DNA from: Daphnia carinata
Lineage: Eukaryota
Direction: 5' to 3'
NCBI RefSeq assembly: GCF_022539665.2
Contig: NC_081333.1
Coordinates: forward strand, 6,882,001 to 6,946,000
DNA length: 64,000 bases
In this document: in pieces, positions 23,875-38,588 of the stretch
How positions within the stretch are numbered: position 1 is the stretch's first letter
Layout of the letters: each line of letters opens with the position of its first letter
Translations under genes and position numbers: made by a program
The notes under the pieces: model-generated
The model's database searches: none
Told to the model about the DNA's origin: nothing
Seen by the model: the letters and a program-made list of their open reading frames with translations, nothing else

Positions 23875-26800
23875 ATGTACAAAGGAATGAACCAAACGGC
23901 GGCCCAGCATCTGCTGTCCAGCATGTTGCCATACGATTCAATGGGCGGCATGGGCCTGTACGAACAAACTAAGCCCAGTTTGATGTACAGAGTCCCGCGA
24001 GTCGTTCCCGACCAGAAAGGCCGGTTCGAATCCGATGAACTCTTCCGTCGGCTCAGCCGCGAATCCGAGGTAAAAACAAAAACAAATTTGATTACTTTCT
24101 TTTTCTTTTGAAAGATTCATTTTGCTTTGAAAAATAAATCTTTTATATGCGTCCTATCCAATTTGATGTCGTAAAAACATTGACGAGGAAAACCCCCGAA
24201 CGAAATTGAATAGCGCTTCGTAAGGGAAAAACAAAAGAACTTTGTGGTAGATGATTGTCGCGGTTTGATATAGCCACACACTCTTTCTTTTTTTTTTTTT
24301 TTTTTTTAAACCAAGAATTGTAGAGAGAGACTCTTTTTCTTTTTGTCGTATATATTCATATAAACATATCATATCGAGATAATAATCAAAAGCTATATAG
24401 GCTTCACGCTTCAAACGTCTTTCGTCCCCCCGTGTTTTCACTGTGCGAGGTATTTAATACGCGGAGGCCCCTCTTGTTCAACTGTCCAGCAAAAAGTCAT
24501 TTTCTTTTTTTTTTTCGAGACACATTCCACCCTGACGCTGTAATAATACTACACCGATCAGAAGGCCATCCAGCAAAAAAAAAAAGCTCATATATTTCTC
24601 TCTCTCTCTCTCTCATTCTCCTATTTTCCGTTTTTAAAACACGAAGTTCTTTCGTCTTCTTCTCGTTCACAAAAAGTCATTATTATATATATTATTGATC
24701 CACGCTCGGCTGGGCAACTCTCACCGATGTGTTATTGTCTGCAACGGGGGGGGGGAAAAAAAAAAAGAAGGGAACTTCCAGAAAAACGCATAGACGGCCC
24801 TCCCGCTGGCTAAAAGTCTCCGTCTCTGTTGTGTGTGTGTGTGTGTGTGTGAGAACGTCGTCTTCGAAACGAGCACTCTCTACACACCACGGGGATTTTT
24901 TTTTTTTTTTGTAATCATCTATTTTGAAGAAAAAAAAGGTGACAATAAATAGAAGGAAAGCGCCCCCCCCAAATAACAAACGGCCCACGCATTGAGAATT
25001 TTTGGGCTGGACAAGAGGCCAAGAAAAACGGGGTTCAGTTGAGATGTGTGAGTCCCCCCAAAAATCAAAATTGAGACAGATGATAATGGTGTGAAAAAGA
25101 AAAAAAGAAAACGACCTAAATATATATATATGTTGCAGCTCTTCTTTCTCATCGCCATTGAGATAACAATGTCGTTTATCTTGACCTTATTGTCCGTCGA
25201 TGACTTGTTCAAATGCTTGGGACGTCCTTTGCCCCACTTGAATAGCGGTTTTCGCCCTATATTTAAAGAGAGGCAGGCCAGCATTAAAAGCAGAAGGGAT
25301 ATGTCACCACTATGGCCAACATAAAACATTCGCATAAATAGATGCCCACGATGTCTATCGCTCAACGTACAGTCAAAATGTTTGCATTTTTTTTTGGGGG
25401 GGGGGCCTATTTTCTTCCTTCCTTTTTTTTTTTTTTTTTTTTAAAATGGCGGATGGACGGGTTTTCTCTCTCATTGATAATAGCCTATTTACGGGCTGTA
25501 TCTTGTATAGGCTGTTTGCAAAAAAAAATCTGTGTGCAACAGACGATAGTCACACATCGGACAATAAAGAAATAGAGGATAATAAAATAAAAAAAAAGAT
25601 GAGCAGAATTAAACGACCTTCTTTTTTTGTCAGACATCTTCCTCTTGTCCAGCATGGCTGCTGGACATTTTGTGTAATGGCTCAATTGATCTATTTGCTC
25701 GTTCGTCTTCCACTTTTCTGGGGGCCTCCCCCAATTTTGCATTTAAAAAAAGCGCGGGCTTTTAAATAAAAAACTTTCACCGTTTGTGTTTAAAAAAAAA
25801 AACGCGAAGGCTCAAACCAAAAGAATAAACTGTGGTCATGGCGGTTGGTGGTTGGCCACATTCTAAAAAGATATAGTATATACTAGATATTTAATACTTC
25901 AAAACAAAAAAAAAACAAAAAAAAAAAAACGTGATATAATGAAGTGGTCGACGAAAATTGAGAGACCGCGTTCGTTTCTAAATGACGTCTATTTACACTT
26001 GTTTTCTGCTGTTTACATCTGTTTGATGTCACAACGCGCACGTCCCTCGCTGCGAAACGTTTCGTGTTATGTATTGTGTGTGATGATTGATTCGAATGTT
26101 TTTGTTTTTTTTTTGATTTATTTCCCTACAATGAAGGTGAGGTACGTCGGATTTCGAGATCGACCGATGGAGGAACGCCAAATGAGGTTCGCTGCCGGAT
26201 GTCGGGAGGGACACGCTGAAATCGTGAGTAGATACAATTTTTTATTTTGTTTAGTTTATTTGTTGAGACGTGGACGGATGTTAGTACAAGAGGCAACAAG
26301 CCCAAAGTGCACAGGGCAGGGGAGGGGGGACGCTCTATTATGTTTCGTATGACACGAAACTGATGAGACGCTAACGAGCTGCTTGGACGTTGAAACTCCA
26401 GTGCCGACGCAGATCAAACTCTTGAGGGACTTGCTATAACAAGGAAAGGCTATAAGAAAGAGAATGAAAGAAAGAAGGGGAGTGGATATCAGATGGCTTT
26501 TACGGCTGGGGTGTGGATGTACATATATTTCCCCTTTAACCAATAGGAGGAGGGTAGCAAAACTGCCAACAGAGATCACAAGTCAGCGTCTAACTATCAA
26601 CAGACGCGATGACGGTAGCAAAAAGAAGTGGATCAATAAGATCCACTTCGGGAGCCAGTTGGGCACAGTGCCCGTTATTCTACACACTTTTGTCTTCTTC
26701 TTCTTCTGGATATGATGACTTGACTTGCGCTGTGTGATGCAAACGTTTCTCTTCAACCAACCAGATGATGAGTTTGATCCATTCCGATTCAACAGAAGCA

Positions 26801-29800
26801 GAGCCAATTAAAACACTTTCGAGTTCTTTGATGAGTTTTCACCCATCGATCTAATCGGAGTTCGAAACGTTTCGATTTGTACGTACAAAACAATAAGAAA
26901 GTCGTTGTTTTTGCTGCGTTCAACAGGAAGAGACGTTATCGATGTGACACACACGACTAAACATTTTCTGGAGAGGAAAATGAGTGTCGATAAGCGAACT
27001 GATTTAACCGCAATCATTCTAAAAAAGCAAATTGTTTTTTTTTTGTTTTTTTTTCAGCTTAAAATCTAATCTAATCAGCATCCTGCCGATTGATAAATCG
27101 CCTTCGCTGTTCTTCTTATTTTAAAAGATGACGTGAGGAAAAAGAAAAATGCGTCGAGTCACCAACAGCCTACTAGGAAATCGTTAGCCAATGAGGAAAT
27201 AAGAACATACTTGCAATCATATTTCAGGAAATCTAAAATGACTCATACATTCACGCTCGGCTACCGTTTCCCTAGATATACGAACACTTTTCACTTACCG
27301 ATTCTCTCTTTTATACGAATCGAATTCGATAGAAAAACGAATGGCAAAAAAGGGAACGTAGAGAAACTCAAAATTGAAATAGCTGAAATCAAGGCGCGTC
27401 CTTTGCGTGATTGTCAGATACGTTTCTTACTCTCTACGTAGACACACATTTTTTTTTTTTTTTTTTTTGAGAAAAGATGTGAAAAAGAACGGACTTGGGG
27501 CTTTTTTTTTTTTTTTTTTTTTTTTTGGTATGTGTTGTACTTGAAGGGCTTCTTAAAGTTTGGGTGGCCGCGATGGCCGCATGTATTCACAAGAAACGGC
27601 GACCGAACGACTCGAAGAAACGGATTATTTCTTTTGAAAAAAAAAAAAAAAGTACAGTACGATGTTTGCGCTGGCACACAGGGAAGACTGACAAGTGATG
27701 GCGAAAATAGAGAATCAAGGAGGACGGAACATTCAAATGGTTCGGTTACGATGGTCGCTACGGCCGCGATCACTTTACACGTCGTGAAAGCAAACGGAGT
27801 AGCCTGTCCGTTGTTTTTTTTTTTTTTTTGTTTTTGAGCCGTCAAGGTGAAATTGATACGTGTACTGAAGTGAACCCGGATCACTGCGACTTCCCTTCTT
27901 CTTTTTCTTCACCGATATCAGCTGCGTAGATAACGAGCTGATATACATACGCGTTACTGTACCAAACAAAACTGGACATGGCTTCTCTCGGTGAAAGAAT
28001 GTGGGCATTCTTCTTCCACCTTCTTTTAAAGATTATAAGAATGACGTGGGTGTATAACGATAATAGATTGGCCACGACAATAATAGCCATGTCATTTCGT
28101 GATTTCATTTTGCTCATTCATCACTTGAAAATTGAATGCTGTATGCGTTTCAAAAATCAGCACTATAAATTTTCGATCCTTTTAAAGCAAAATTCGTCTT
28201 TCTTTTTTTTTTTTTTTTTTTATAGGCTATTGTGGCGACGGGCACTAACTTCCAGTTAGTCTTCGGACCCGGCACGTGGGGTTTCAGCAGCGACGCCAAC
28301 CGCGATTGCGATTTCGACAAGGAACCCGGCAAGGTAAGGACACTAAACAATATAACAAACTAATAGCTTTCCAACTTTGCCGTTAAAAAGCGGTTAAAAA
28401 AAAAAAAAAAAAAAAACTATCAGAATTCACTGGAAAAAAAAAAAGAAGGGTTTAAAAAAAAAAAAAAAAAAAAATAAGAAACCCCAACAATTCGACAGTT
28501 CTCTCTCAAAATGATTGCCCCCTTCACTCTTTAACTGGCCAGTTTTTGTATTAAGCACGTCTCTCTATACATATATATAGCAGCGTTATATTGTTTTATT
28601 GTTTGGGAGTTTGGGGTCTTCTCCGCCGTTTAGTTTGATCACAAAGTTCGAGCACACACATCACAACCAAAAGAAACAGATATGTTTTTTTTTTTTTGTT
28701 TTTTTTTTTAAGTAAAACGGCTGTCGTCAGCAAGGGCGAACACGTCCAAACGTCGTATATATATATATATATATATATATTCCCGTTTATATAGCACAGG
28801 GGTATAGTCGTAAAAAGAAAAAAAGATTTCCCTTTTTTTTTTTTTTCGAAGATGAAGAAGCGCCAGAAAGGGTCACGACCCGGGTTGTCTATATGACAAA
28901 AGACGGACTGATGTGTCTTGTTTACAACCGTGCCCTCTTTTTCTTTTTTTTTAAATGCTGGATATATTCCTCTCTTGTCCGGTCGTAAAACATAACAGCC
29001 AACGCAAAAAAAAAAACAAAAAAAAAAACACAATAGAGATTTTTTCAACACACACAACCACCATCACCACAGACGATCCTCCCCTCAAATGAATTTTATT
29101 TTTTTTTTTAAAGCGCAAAATTATTTTTGTGTTCCAAAGAAAAAAAAAAAAAAGAAAGTTTTAAGCTCGAGCTATAGGTTCTTGTTGAAATTCCTGGTCA
29201 AACGTATTGGCCCCCCCTTCTTTTTTTTTTATTGCAATTTTAACGAGCCCCAAACAACGTCCACAAATCAATTGCTTTCAAAAGGAGGGGGAAAAAAATG
29301 CGCTCGTTTAAAACGCTGAAATTTGCTGATTTTGGCAGGTCGATAGTGTTGTCCAGGAGCGCGCGTCTGTGCCCCTCTATAGTAGGCCTAAATGGCATAG
29401 ATGTCTATACATCTATCCGTGTTAGTTAAAAGAACACACAGTTTTCGATCCCTCGACTTCTAAATGAATAAAAGACTTGCCTGCATTTTTAAAATTTATT
29501 GTTCCAGTATAAGAAACAAGAGGAAGTCTTCTTGGTGGGCGCTCTCTCTCTCTCTCTCGTCCAAGAAAACATGTTATATACAGTGCGTAGAAGACATGTA
29601 TAGTGAGGGTTGAAGGGCGGAGGGGGTGACAGTGAAATGTGAGAATAATACACGGGTCGCCCCCGCTAGAAACTGGTTATATTAGTTAGCCTACACACGA
29701 CGAAAATATAGCGGAAGAAATAGGATCTGATACAACCGTACCTCGTATCGGACGAGTCTCTTTTTATTTGTTTCTAAGGTTCATATTAAATTGTGTTTTT

Positions 29801-32323
29801 TTTTTGTTTGTTTTTTAAACATAGATCGAGTCATACGTTGATCCAAAGAGAAATAAAAATGCGCTCATCTTGTTCCATTTGGGGAGATATATTTTTTTTA
29901 AAAATCAAATGCTCTGTCACAGATGGTCATTTTACAAAAAAAGTATATTTTAGTATTAGAATATTAGATTACACTCAGTTGTTATCACTTTGAGTGCTTT
30001 ACACTCCTTTGTTGAGGGTGCGCATATAAAAATAATTTGTTTGACGATCCCACACAGTGTTTAATGATGATAATAAGGGGGTTGGTAGAAAATGTATATA
30101 GAAGCGGATGGACCACCGGAGATGATAAACTATATATCAAATGGCCGAGCATCTGTTTTTTTATAATGCGGGAAGAGTTTTTCAGTATAAAATAAAGGCT
30201 GTTAAGGGAATTATTATTACTTTTTTTTTTTTTTACACACGGTCGAATGCGAAACATTCCGATTTTTTATTTTGTTAATAGATTTAAAAAAAAAAAAAGG
30301 GATACCGCGCTCTGCTTTTCTTAGAATTTTTTTTTTTTTTTGTGTTGCTCTTTTTTGTTCCTTCCGGTGCCATAGAAGAGAAAAAGGGACGATGATATAC
30401 GTGAATTGAAGCCAGACGGATCGCTTGTGTCTCTTCAAAATGTTTTCATCCTGTTGGGAAATGTTTTCTACTTGGCTCCATTTCAACGTCGATGCGGATT
30501 AAAATACATCAAAGGAGAGAATAAAAAAGAACTCGAATGGATACAGAAACTGGGCACGCGCCCACACACAGCCCCCCCCCGTCCCTCAGTGGGTCGATGC
30601 GTTCGCCTTTTGTTTCGAAATGAATAGCCAAACACACATACTCGAGTAGCCCATTTTTTTTTATTTTTCAAATAAAAGAACAATCATCTCCTTCAATTAA
30701 TCATTTTTTATATTTTTTATGAGTAGGCCGACAAAAGGGTGTGCCGCCAAAACACAGAAATCTATTTAGCAAATGCCGACGTTTCAATCAGTGCGCTTTT
30801 GAGCCGTTCTTTCTTTTTTTTTTATTTCTACTTTCGCTCCGCGCGTTTGGGTGTAGTGAGAACTTAGGAAAGCACGTCACATTAAGAGGCCTTCAAAATG
30901 GAAAAATATTATATGGGGTCCTTGTATTTATCCACTCGACTGATTCCCTCCTGGATGTTTCACAATTGCTAACGCACTCCTGTTCAAGGGTGAGACCCAT
31001 GTAACGGCGGCCAACTGGCCCTCCCTTTCATTTGGGAGGACGGGTGGTGGGGGGGGGGGGCTGAAACATTTGTATTATTCTCAATTGTATTGTAATCGAG
31101 CCATCATCCTTGCATTGATCGTTGAACATTTGCCCTCCGTTTTCTGCATTAAAAGAAAAAAAGCGCATAATGAAGACCAGTAGCCGACACACAGGATTAG
31201 CCTTCCGTCTATCTAAATGTAACTCTATTTAAAAAAAAAAAATAGGAGATGCTTTTGAATGAGTTGAATCGCTATTTTAAAATCTGTGGAATGTCGGAAT
31301 TCGAATCGGCAAGGATATAAAAAAAAAAAAAAGGGATCGTTAGGAATGTCTAAGAATGAAATACTATTAGATTTTGAAATGGATTTATTATAGCCTTTGC
31401 ATCTTTGTTTGATATCATCCCTCCTATTTGAATGGCGCATTCAACCGAATTGCAAGTCCGCTACAAATGTTTTTCTTTTCTTTTTCTTTCTTGTTGTGGG
31501 TTTATGTCTGGTGGGGGTTCTCTCCCTGTGATTCTTTGCGGTGGTTAACCATTTGTTACATCTAACACGTTTTATATGTATATATATATATGTACAGTAT
31601 ATATATACTATATAGATATGTAATATAGAGCGATAGCCGCAAGTTGCCACGCTTTTCTTGGTCAACCAAAAAAATGCCACTTGAACGACCGTTTAACGAA
31701 ATAACGTGGAGCACATCCGTTTTGATTTTTCACGAACGTCTTTCTCCGTACAAAAACTTCAACGAGTTCCCCAAAACGTAGCGCAATAGCACAACGCTTA
31801 TAGTTGCAAAAAACCTTCCCTTTCAAAATTCAATTGAAAAAATCGCGAGGGTTTTTCTCTTTTACATACACATCAGCATAAAGTTTAAATTTAATCGACC
31901 ATGGAACTATGTGCGGCTTGTAATTTCTTTTTTTTTTTTTTTTCTTACGTGATTTAAAAAAAAAAAAAAAAAAAACATTTATTTGTCCCTGAAACGAAAA
32001 GGTCCTTCCTTTCATCCGGTTAGTTTGGCCTTCTACGCTTTTAACAAAAAAAAAATTATATATTTTTTCCCTGGCCAGGACACACACACACACGGTGGTG
32101 TGTGTCCCCATTTATCAGCTAATATCCACACACACACAGACACACACACACACATATACAGGCAGGTAAATATATATATTTTTAGCTTCGGCGCCGTACT
32201 TCCGAGGAAAGTTAACATTACTCGGCCAGCATTACGAAAAGTCTAGCGCTCTGTCGAGTTCACTAGACCAGCAAAGGGAAACAAAATAACAGAAGCCATA
32301 AGCGAAGTGTGTGTGTGTGTGTG

Positions 32324-32355
<32 letters not shown>

Positions 32356-33126
32356 GAAGAGAAGGCACCTATAAGGACTTAGTAGTTAGCAGCTTGTTGT
32401 GCTCGCTCTTGTTGTCTGTCTATGTGTGTATGCGTATACCATCGTGCGTTCTTTTTTTTTTTTTTTTTTTTTTAAATGGAAAAAGAAAGAAACGGGAAAG
32501 GAAAAGAAAGGAGACGCCGACGGCCATGGAACAATCGCTGTTTAATTGAGTGCAATTAACTTTTTCTTTTTCTTCCTCCCTCAATTCTTTTCTTTCTCAC
32601 TATAGATCTACCCCCTCCCCCCTTTTCTCCTTGCTCCCTTCTTCCTGGTTTCAAAAAGTCCCTTTAAACATCAAGAAAAAATAAAAAATAAAAGATGGTT
32701 CCTCTAATGGTGAGGGGGCCTATACAATCTTATATAAGCTACTGCTTTACTTGTCTTTTTATTTTTAACACAGTGTAGACGATACTCCCGCTGTGTGTAC
32801 AGTGTCTGCGCTTGTGTAATAGCCTGAGACACACACACACACACACACACACCGCCCCCCCCCCCCCAAAGAAAATTCCCTATTCGTCCCACCCTTGAGG
32901 CGAGTTCTTGAAGAAAAAAGAAAAATAAAACGAAAGGTGTTATTACCCAGAGCTTTGTGTGTGTGTGTGTGTATAGTTTTTGCTGGAACACTATATGAAG
33001 AGAGCTGTATGTGCAAGTCTGATTATTGCCGACTTCCGGAGTCAAAACTTCTTCTCCGCGCCCGCTGGGGCTAGGCGGCCATCTTGGTTTACTGGCGTGT
33101 GGGTCGGGGACGTTCGCAATCTTTGG

Positions 33127-33161
<35 letters not shown>

Positions 33162-36100
33162 ATAATAATAAAAAATAATCAGTTTTAACTCATTTTTTTT
33201 TTTTGAGGGGGAGAAAGAGAAAATTGGAAGTCATTTCCGGTATTGACTCTGCGCGTTTATATATCGATTGACGAATCAAGAAGAGATTAAACATAAAGGC
33301 AATCCAATGTTTTTTGTTTTTTTGTTTTTCATTTATTGTACATTGATCAGCGTAGCTTTAAGCAACTTCCGCTCTTTTTTTTTCTTTTCTTTTCTTTTCC
33401 GAGAGGATGTCGTACTTTTCAATTACTGAAATAGTTAAAAGCCTCTTCTCTTTTTCTCCTTTCTCATCCTCAATTTTTTAAATTGTCGTCTGCGAGGCGT
33501 TCGTCGTATTAAACATTTTCAACGACTTTGTCTTGTTTCTTCGGCTTGTGATTACCCCGGGATACCGGAGGATATGGCCAGGGGGTCTATTATCGTATCC
33601 CCGCAGCGTGCGTTCCTCCATTTCGTTTCTTCCTCTTTTTTTGTTTTTATTTTTCTTTTTATTATTGTTCTATTTTTAATCTACAAATTTTTATTTTTAA
33701 TTCACCCCCTTCTTCCTTCCTTGCCTTTGGGCATGCGTCGCATTAGCGTCTTATTTGCCATCCATCATCGTCCCTGTAAGAAAATGAAAGTCCCTGTAAT
33801 TATGGGTGCGCGCTGTAAAGGTCAGATCCGCCCGGAAGAAGCGCATTCGCCGCTATTTACAACAGACAGACAAAAACGAGCGGAAGTTAGAAACGAAAAA
33901 AAAAAAAAAAAAAAAAAAAAAAGGAGTTTATTTTTTTTTTTTTTTTTTCATGCCGGGGTAGGTGTAGGTGGGATCGATACGAGCTGGGTGATGCGCATGT
34001 GCCAACACAACTCCGACGTGATTGGATTGCGCGTCTTCCTATCGGTCAGTCTCCCCCTCCCCTTCGTTTCCGTTTTGACTAAAACCTCCTACACCCTGTC
34101 CTACCCTTTCCGCGTGATACGCAGTAGTCCTTCAGTATAAACGGCTGTCATCATTAAAACGACGATGGCAAAGAAGCCGACGATTATTATTAACACACAC
34201 ACACACACAGAGTGTAGTGATGATCCCTACACTCACATCCAATAGTTGAAGGACGTCGTTCCCAAATGGACCCTGATGGTATAAAAAAAAGAAGCCCTTG
34301 GCAAATGGAGGGGCGGATCGCTGTTTGAACGTAACAAAGAGAAGACACATCATCGTGAGCTAAAGATATTTGTTTGTTGCTCTTTACGCAATAAAGGGAG
34401 GGGAAGCGTCGGCAGAGTCGGCACAAACGAACGAAAATATACAACAGCAAAAAATTCGAGCAAGTCAATTTGTAAACAGACAGCCGTTTTTTACGTCTTC
34501 CCAACGCGCACAACAAACGGCGTCTAACGTCCGTCTTTAGAGCCGAACGTCATTTGCGTTTATTGCGACATTCAACTCGTTTTGTTTTTCTTTCTCTTTT
34601 TATACTAACGTAAGAATTGAAAAAAAAAAAAAAAAATGATAGAAATTTTGATTTCCGAACATCTAATAGCATAGATGTAGAATACATAAAATTGATTTAA
34701 AAGATAAGAATAGAGCCGACAATGGTCATTCTTGTACACGTTGTCCCAACCGACAGGAAGAAGTTGAATGCGTTCGAACGCATTCCGGGCCACAGCGAAA
34801 TGGGACAAGCTCAAAACACAATCAAATATTTGTTTCAAGAAAGAAATAAAAGTAAATCAAATAGATTTCGTTTTATTTTTTTTTTTAATCTAAGGGGGGT
34901 TTAATATGCTGTAGAAAATAGAAGGGAAAAGACTGACGTGTGTGTGTGTAAGGAGACGTGTCTTGTTTATGTAATTGGATCTTCTTTTCTTTGTCAGAAA
35001 GAGAACACATTTTTTTTTTTTTTTTTTTTTTTTTTGTTCTTTCTTCTAACTTTGAAAAAGAGAAAGAGAAAGAAATGCTGTTCACCGGTCACCGCCGGGC
35101 TCTAGTCGTTTTTGATTTTTACCTTCAAACTTTCCTGTTTTGTTTGTTGCGGTTGTTATTGCAACCTGACGGACACGCATTTCAACGTGATGCCTGCTTT
35201 TATGCAAAGTACTGTATTCTTCCACTTATCTTGTTTTTTTTTTTTTTTTTTTTTTGTTTTTTTTTCTTGCATCTCATTTCTATTTAAAAACATTAATTTT
35301 CTTCGAATCGAATGGCCTATGAAAAAACTGGTTTTAGTTTATCCCTTTTTTTTTTTTTTTTCCAAAGAAAGAAAAAGAAAAGATTGTGTCCTGGCTTCTT
35401 GGGACATTAATGAATCCCTCGTTTATATTCTAATGTGCGTGTGAGAGGGCGGGGCTTATTTTCAGCTACTGGAGTGTGTGCAGACTTGTTTTGGTCTATC
35501 TTCTTTTGTGAAAGAACGTCCAGATGTTTCTGATGAATATCGGCCGACAAAAAAACAAAACAACATAAAACAGGAAACAAAAAAACCTGTCTGATTTGAT
35601 TCGCAATTGTTTTTATTTGTAACACGTTTTGTATCGCTGAGGCGGAGGACATTATCAAGGAAGTGAGCTCTCTTGCGATCGTAATCATATTTTTTTACAA
35701 AGATTAAACAACAAGACTTTAAAGGGCCTTATAAAAAAAACCGATATTGTTTTGTTTTTGGTGGTGTCATTTGCATAAATAGTACAACATGCGGCATGCG
35801 TGACACGCTTTTTTTTTCTGTTTTAGCACAACATTTGAATATTTATGTTGCACGGGGTGTTTTGTGCTACGAAAAAGGACCAATTGATGTAAAAATGATT
35901 TTCGTTTTTCTTTTTACGAAGAGGGGGGGGGGGCGTGAGGGGGAATGGTTAGGAAAACGAAAATGCTTTTTATTCAAATTGGTGCGTTACAGACAAGCAT
36001 GACAGTCCAGTAAGGGGGGAGGGATGAGAAAAAAAAAAAAAAAAAGAGAACAAATGGAAAAGGACGAAAAATATTTAAATTTCTGTTTCATTTTGCTGTT

Positions 36101-38557
36101 ACGATTTGGCCTTAGGCGAAGGCAGGTAGTCGCACGCGCGCCATGGTTTAACCTTGCGTGAATGTTTATTAGAAATGACCGATGTGTGACGTGTGTACAT
36201 CAGCTCTGTTACGTATAGTATCTTCTCCCCCTCCCCCTCTAGCCAAAATAAAAACATGATTGAAAAAAAAAAAAAAAAAAATAGGAGGGGGTACCATTTT
36301 CCTCTTGTAAAAAAAATAACAATCACCTGCATGTTCCAGGTAGTCGAAACGAAACTCAGCAGATGTTTATTTTTGTTTTCCGTGGTCTACTGGCTCCCGA
36401 CAAAACAGTTCATTTTCAAAACACATAACATGGCCGAAATTATTATTTTTTTCCTTAAAAAAATAAAACGGAAATTTCGTTCTAATTACAAAAGATGGTT
36501 AAAACATTTACGTTAAATTTTCTTTTTCTTCAAGAAACACACACGAGAAAAAAAAAGCAAATGCAATTGATGTTTCAAATCATTTTCGATTAGCCTTCGA
36601 ACAGCCGAATGAGTCGTTGCCATTTTATGAAATTTGATCCCGCGCACGTCTTTTTTTTTTTTTTTTTTTTTTTTTTTGAAAATGAAGCACGGACAAAGAG
36701 AGAGAGAGAGAGAGAGGGACCTATAAACTACCCTGGAACCATTGTGAGGATATGTTTGACTGGACGGCTATTTCCAGTTAATATACGCCACTCTTTGCTA
36801 TTCGTTATTGGTGGCTTGTTTTTTGTCAAAGTCGAAGAGCAGCCCCCAAACGGGTGTAGGAAAAAAACAAAAACAAAGTTTTCAGATTTTCTTTTTTTAA
36901 AAGTAAAAAAAAAAAAAAAAAAGAAACAGAAAAACAGAAAAAAAAAAAAAGAAAATGCAGGTAAATGTGAAAAGAAAGGAAATGAAGCAAGTCGGAGGGA
37001 GAGGGGGGAGGCGGGTAGATCTCTGTTTTGCTCTGGCATAAGGACATGGCCGCTGCTGATAATTTGTCCGCGTCAACTGTCTTGTCGACAGGTCATTTTT
37101 ATCAATAAAGAAGAAGAGACGCGCCGCAGGTTTAGTAGATCGACTAGTGTAGAATCTTTTTTTTTTCCCTCTCTAACACAGGAGGAGCAGGACGAATAAG
37201 ACAAAAAAAAAAAGAAAAGAAACAAAAAACAATGGCGTTGACTATATCTGTCCTCTCTTTTTATAAACTCCTCCAGTGGAGATGGCTTCCCCTATGTTTA
37301 CGTCTCCTCATTTTCTTTTTTTTTTTTTTTTTTTTCAATGGAAAGAAGAAAATGCGGAGCACAGTATATTGATATTTATAAATGACCGCTGATAGAATCA
37401 CATTTCCTCCGTCTTTATTTTTTTTTTTTTTTTTTTTTTTTTGTCCTCCTCATTTCTTATTTTCATTTCCTTTTCCAGCCTTTTTCTAGAGATTCTTAAG
37501 GGGGAGTTTCTTTTCAAATGAATTAAAAACACGACTAAAAAAAACCAAAAAAGATCCTTGAACTTGGCACTTTTTTTTTTTTTTTTTTTTTTCCCTAAAC
37601 AAAATGAATTGCTATTTAAATTTCAAGTTTGCGCGTACATGACATAATGACATTCAAATTTTTTTGTATTAGGTTCACATCAAGTCGCGTTTCATTTTGA
37701 ACGGCGTTTGCGCTAAATGGCGAGGCTGGATCGACCTGGATCGTCTCGACGGTGTCGGTTGTGTCGAATTCGACGAAGAAGCAGCTCGGGTAAGTCATTT
37801 CAAATTCATCAGTCATTTAACCCTCGCCCACCCCCCCACCCCTATTTACCTTGAAAAAGCCCAACATCAACCTCCGCTTTTGACGTGTAATTGAACGATT
37901 TCCGGTCTTGAGGTTATCATTACCATGTCATCGAATCATCTCGAAAAAAAAAGAAGAGAACTTTCTAAGATGCTGAACCGTGTTGTTATCTCCCCCTCCC
38001 TCCCAAATAATAATAATGGCGGTTTGCATACGTCACGCAAGTCAGCGGTTTTTGGAGTCGATTCAGTTGTGATGGAACTTAATAAGCAACTGGTGGCAAC
38101 AGTCAATTGTTTTTCACGAACTGGTGTGGCTTTCGTTTTCGTGGCCGATTGGCGGCCGCCGTTGGGGCAACCCACAAACCCCCGTCGCCACAGACACACA
38201 CAGACGCACACACACACACACACGTAGAAATTGGCACTTCTTTTAGAGGTACACACGAGAGCACGACGTCAAATTGAGTAAAAAAAAATAAAAAAAAAAA
38301 AAAAAATAATAATAATAAGAAAAGGTGATGACAATAGAAAGAAGTTAAATAACCGCATTAGCTCACTGTGTTTTTCTAGCTACTGGATGCGCAGCGTTTT
38401 CCAGTTTGTTTTTGTTTTCGTATTTTTTTTTTTTTTTCCAGGAGCGAGTTCAGAAAGCCCCACTGTATAATATTCAATATGCACGCTAGGTGATTGAATA
38501 GCCTCTAATGATAGAGAGCTGCGTGTGTGTGTTTGTGAGCTCCATTTTTCTTTTTTC

Positions 38558-38588
<31 letters not shown>

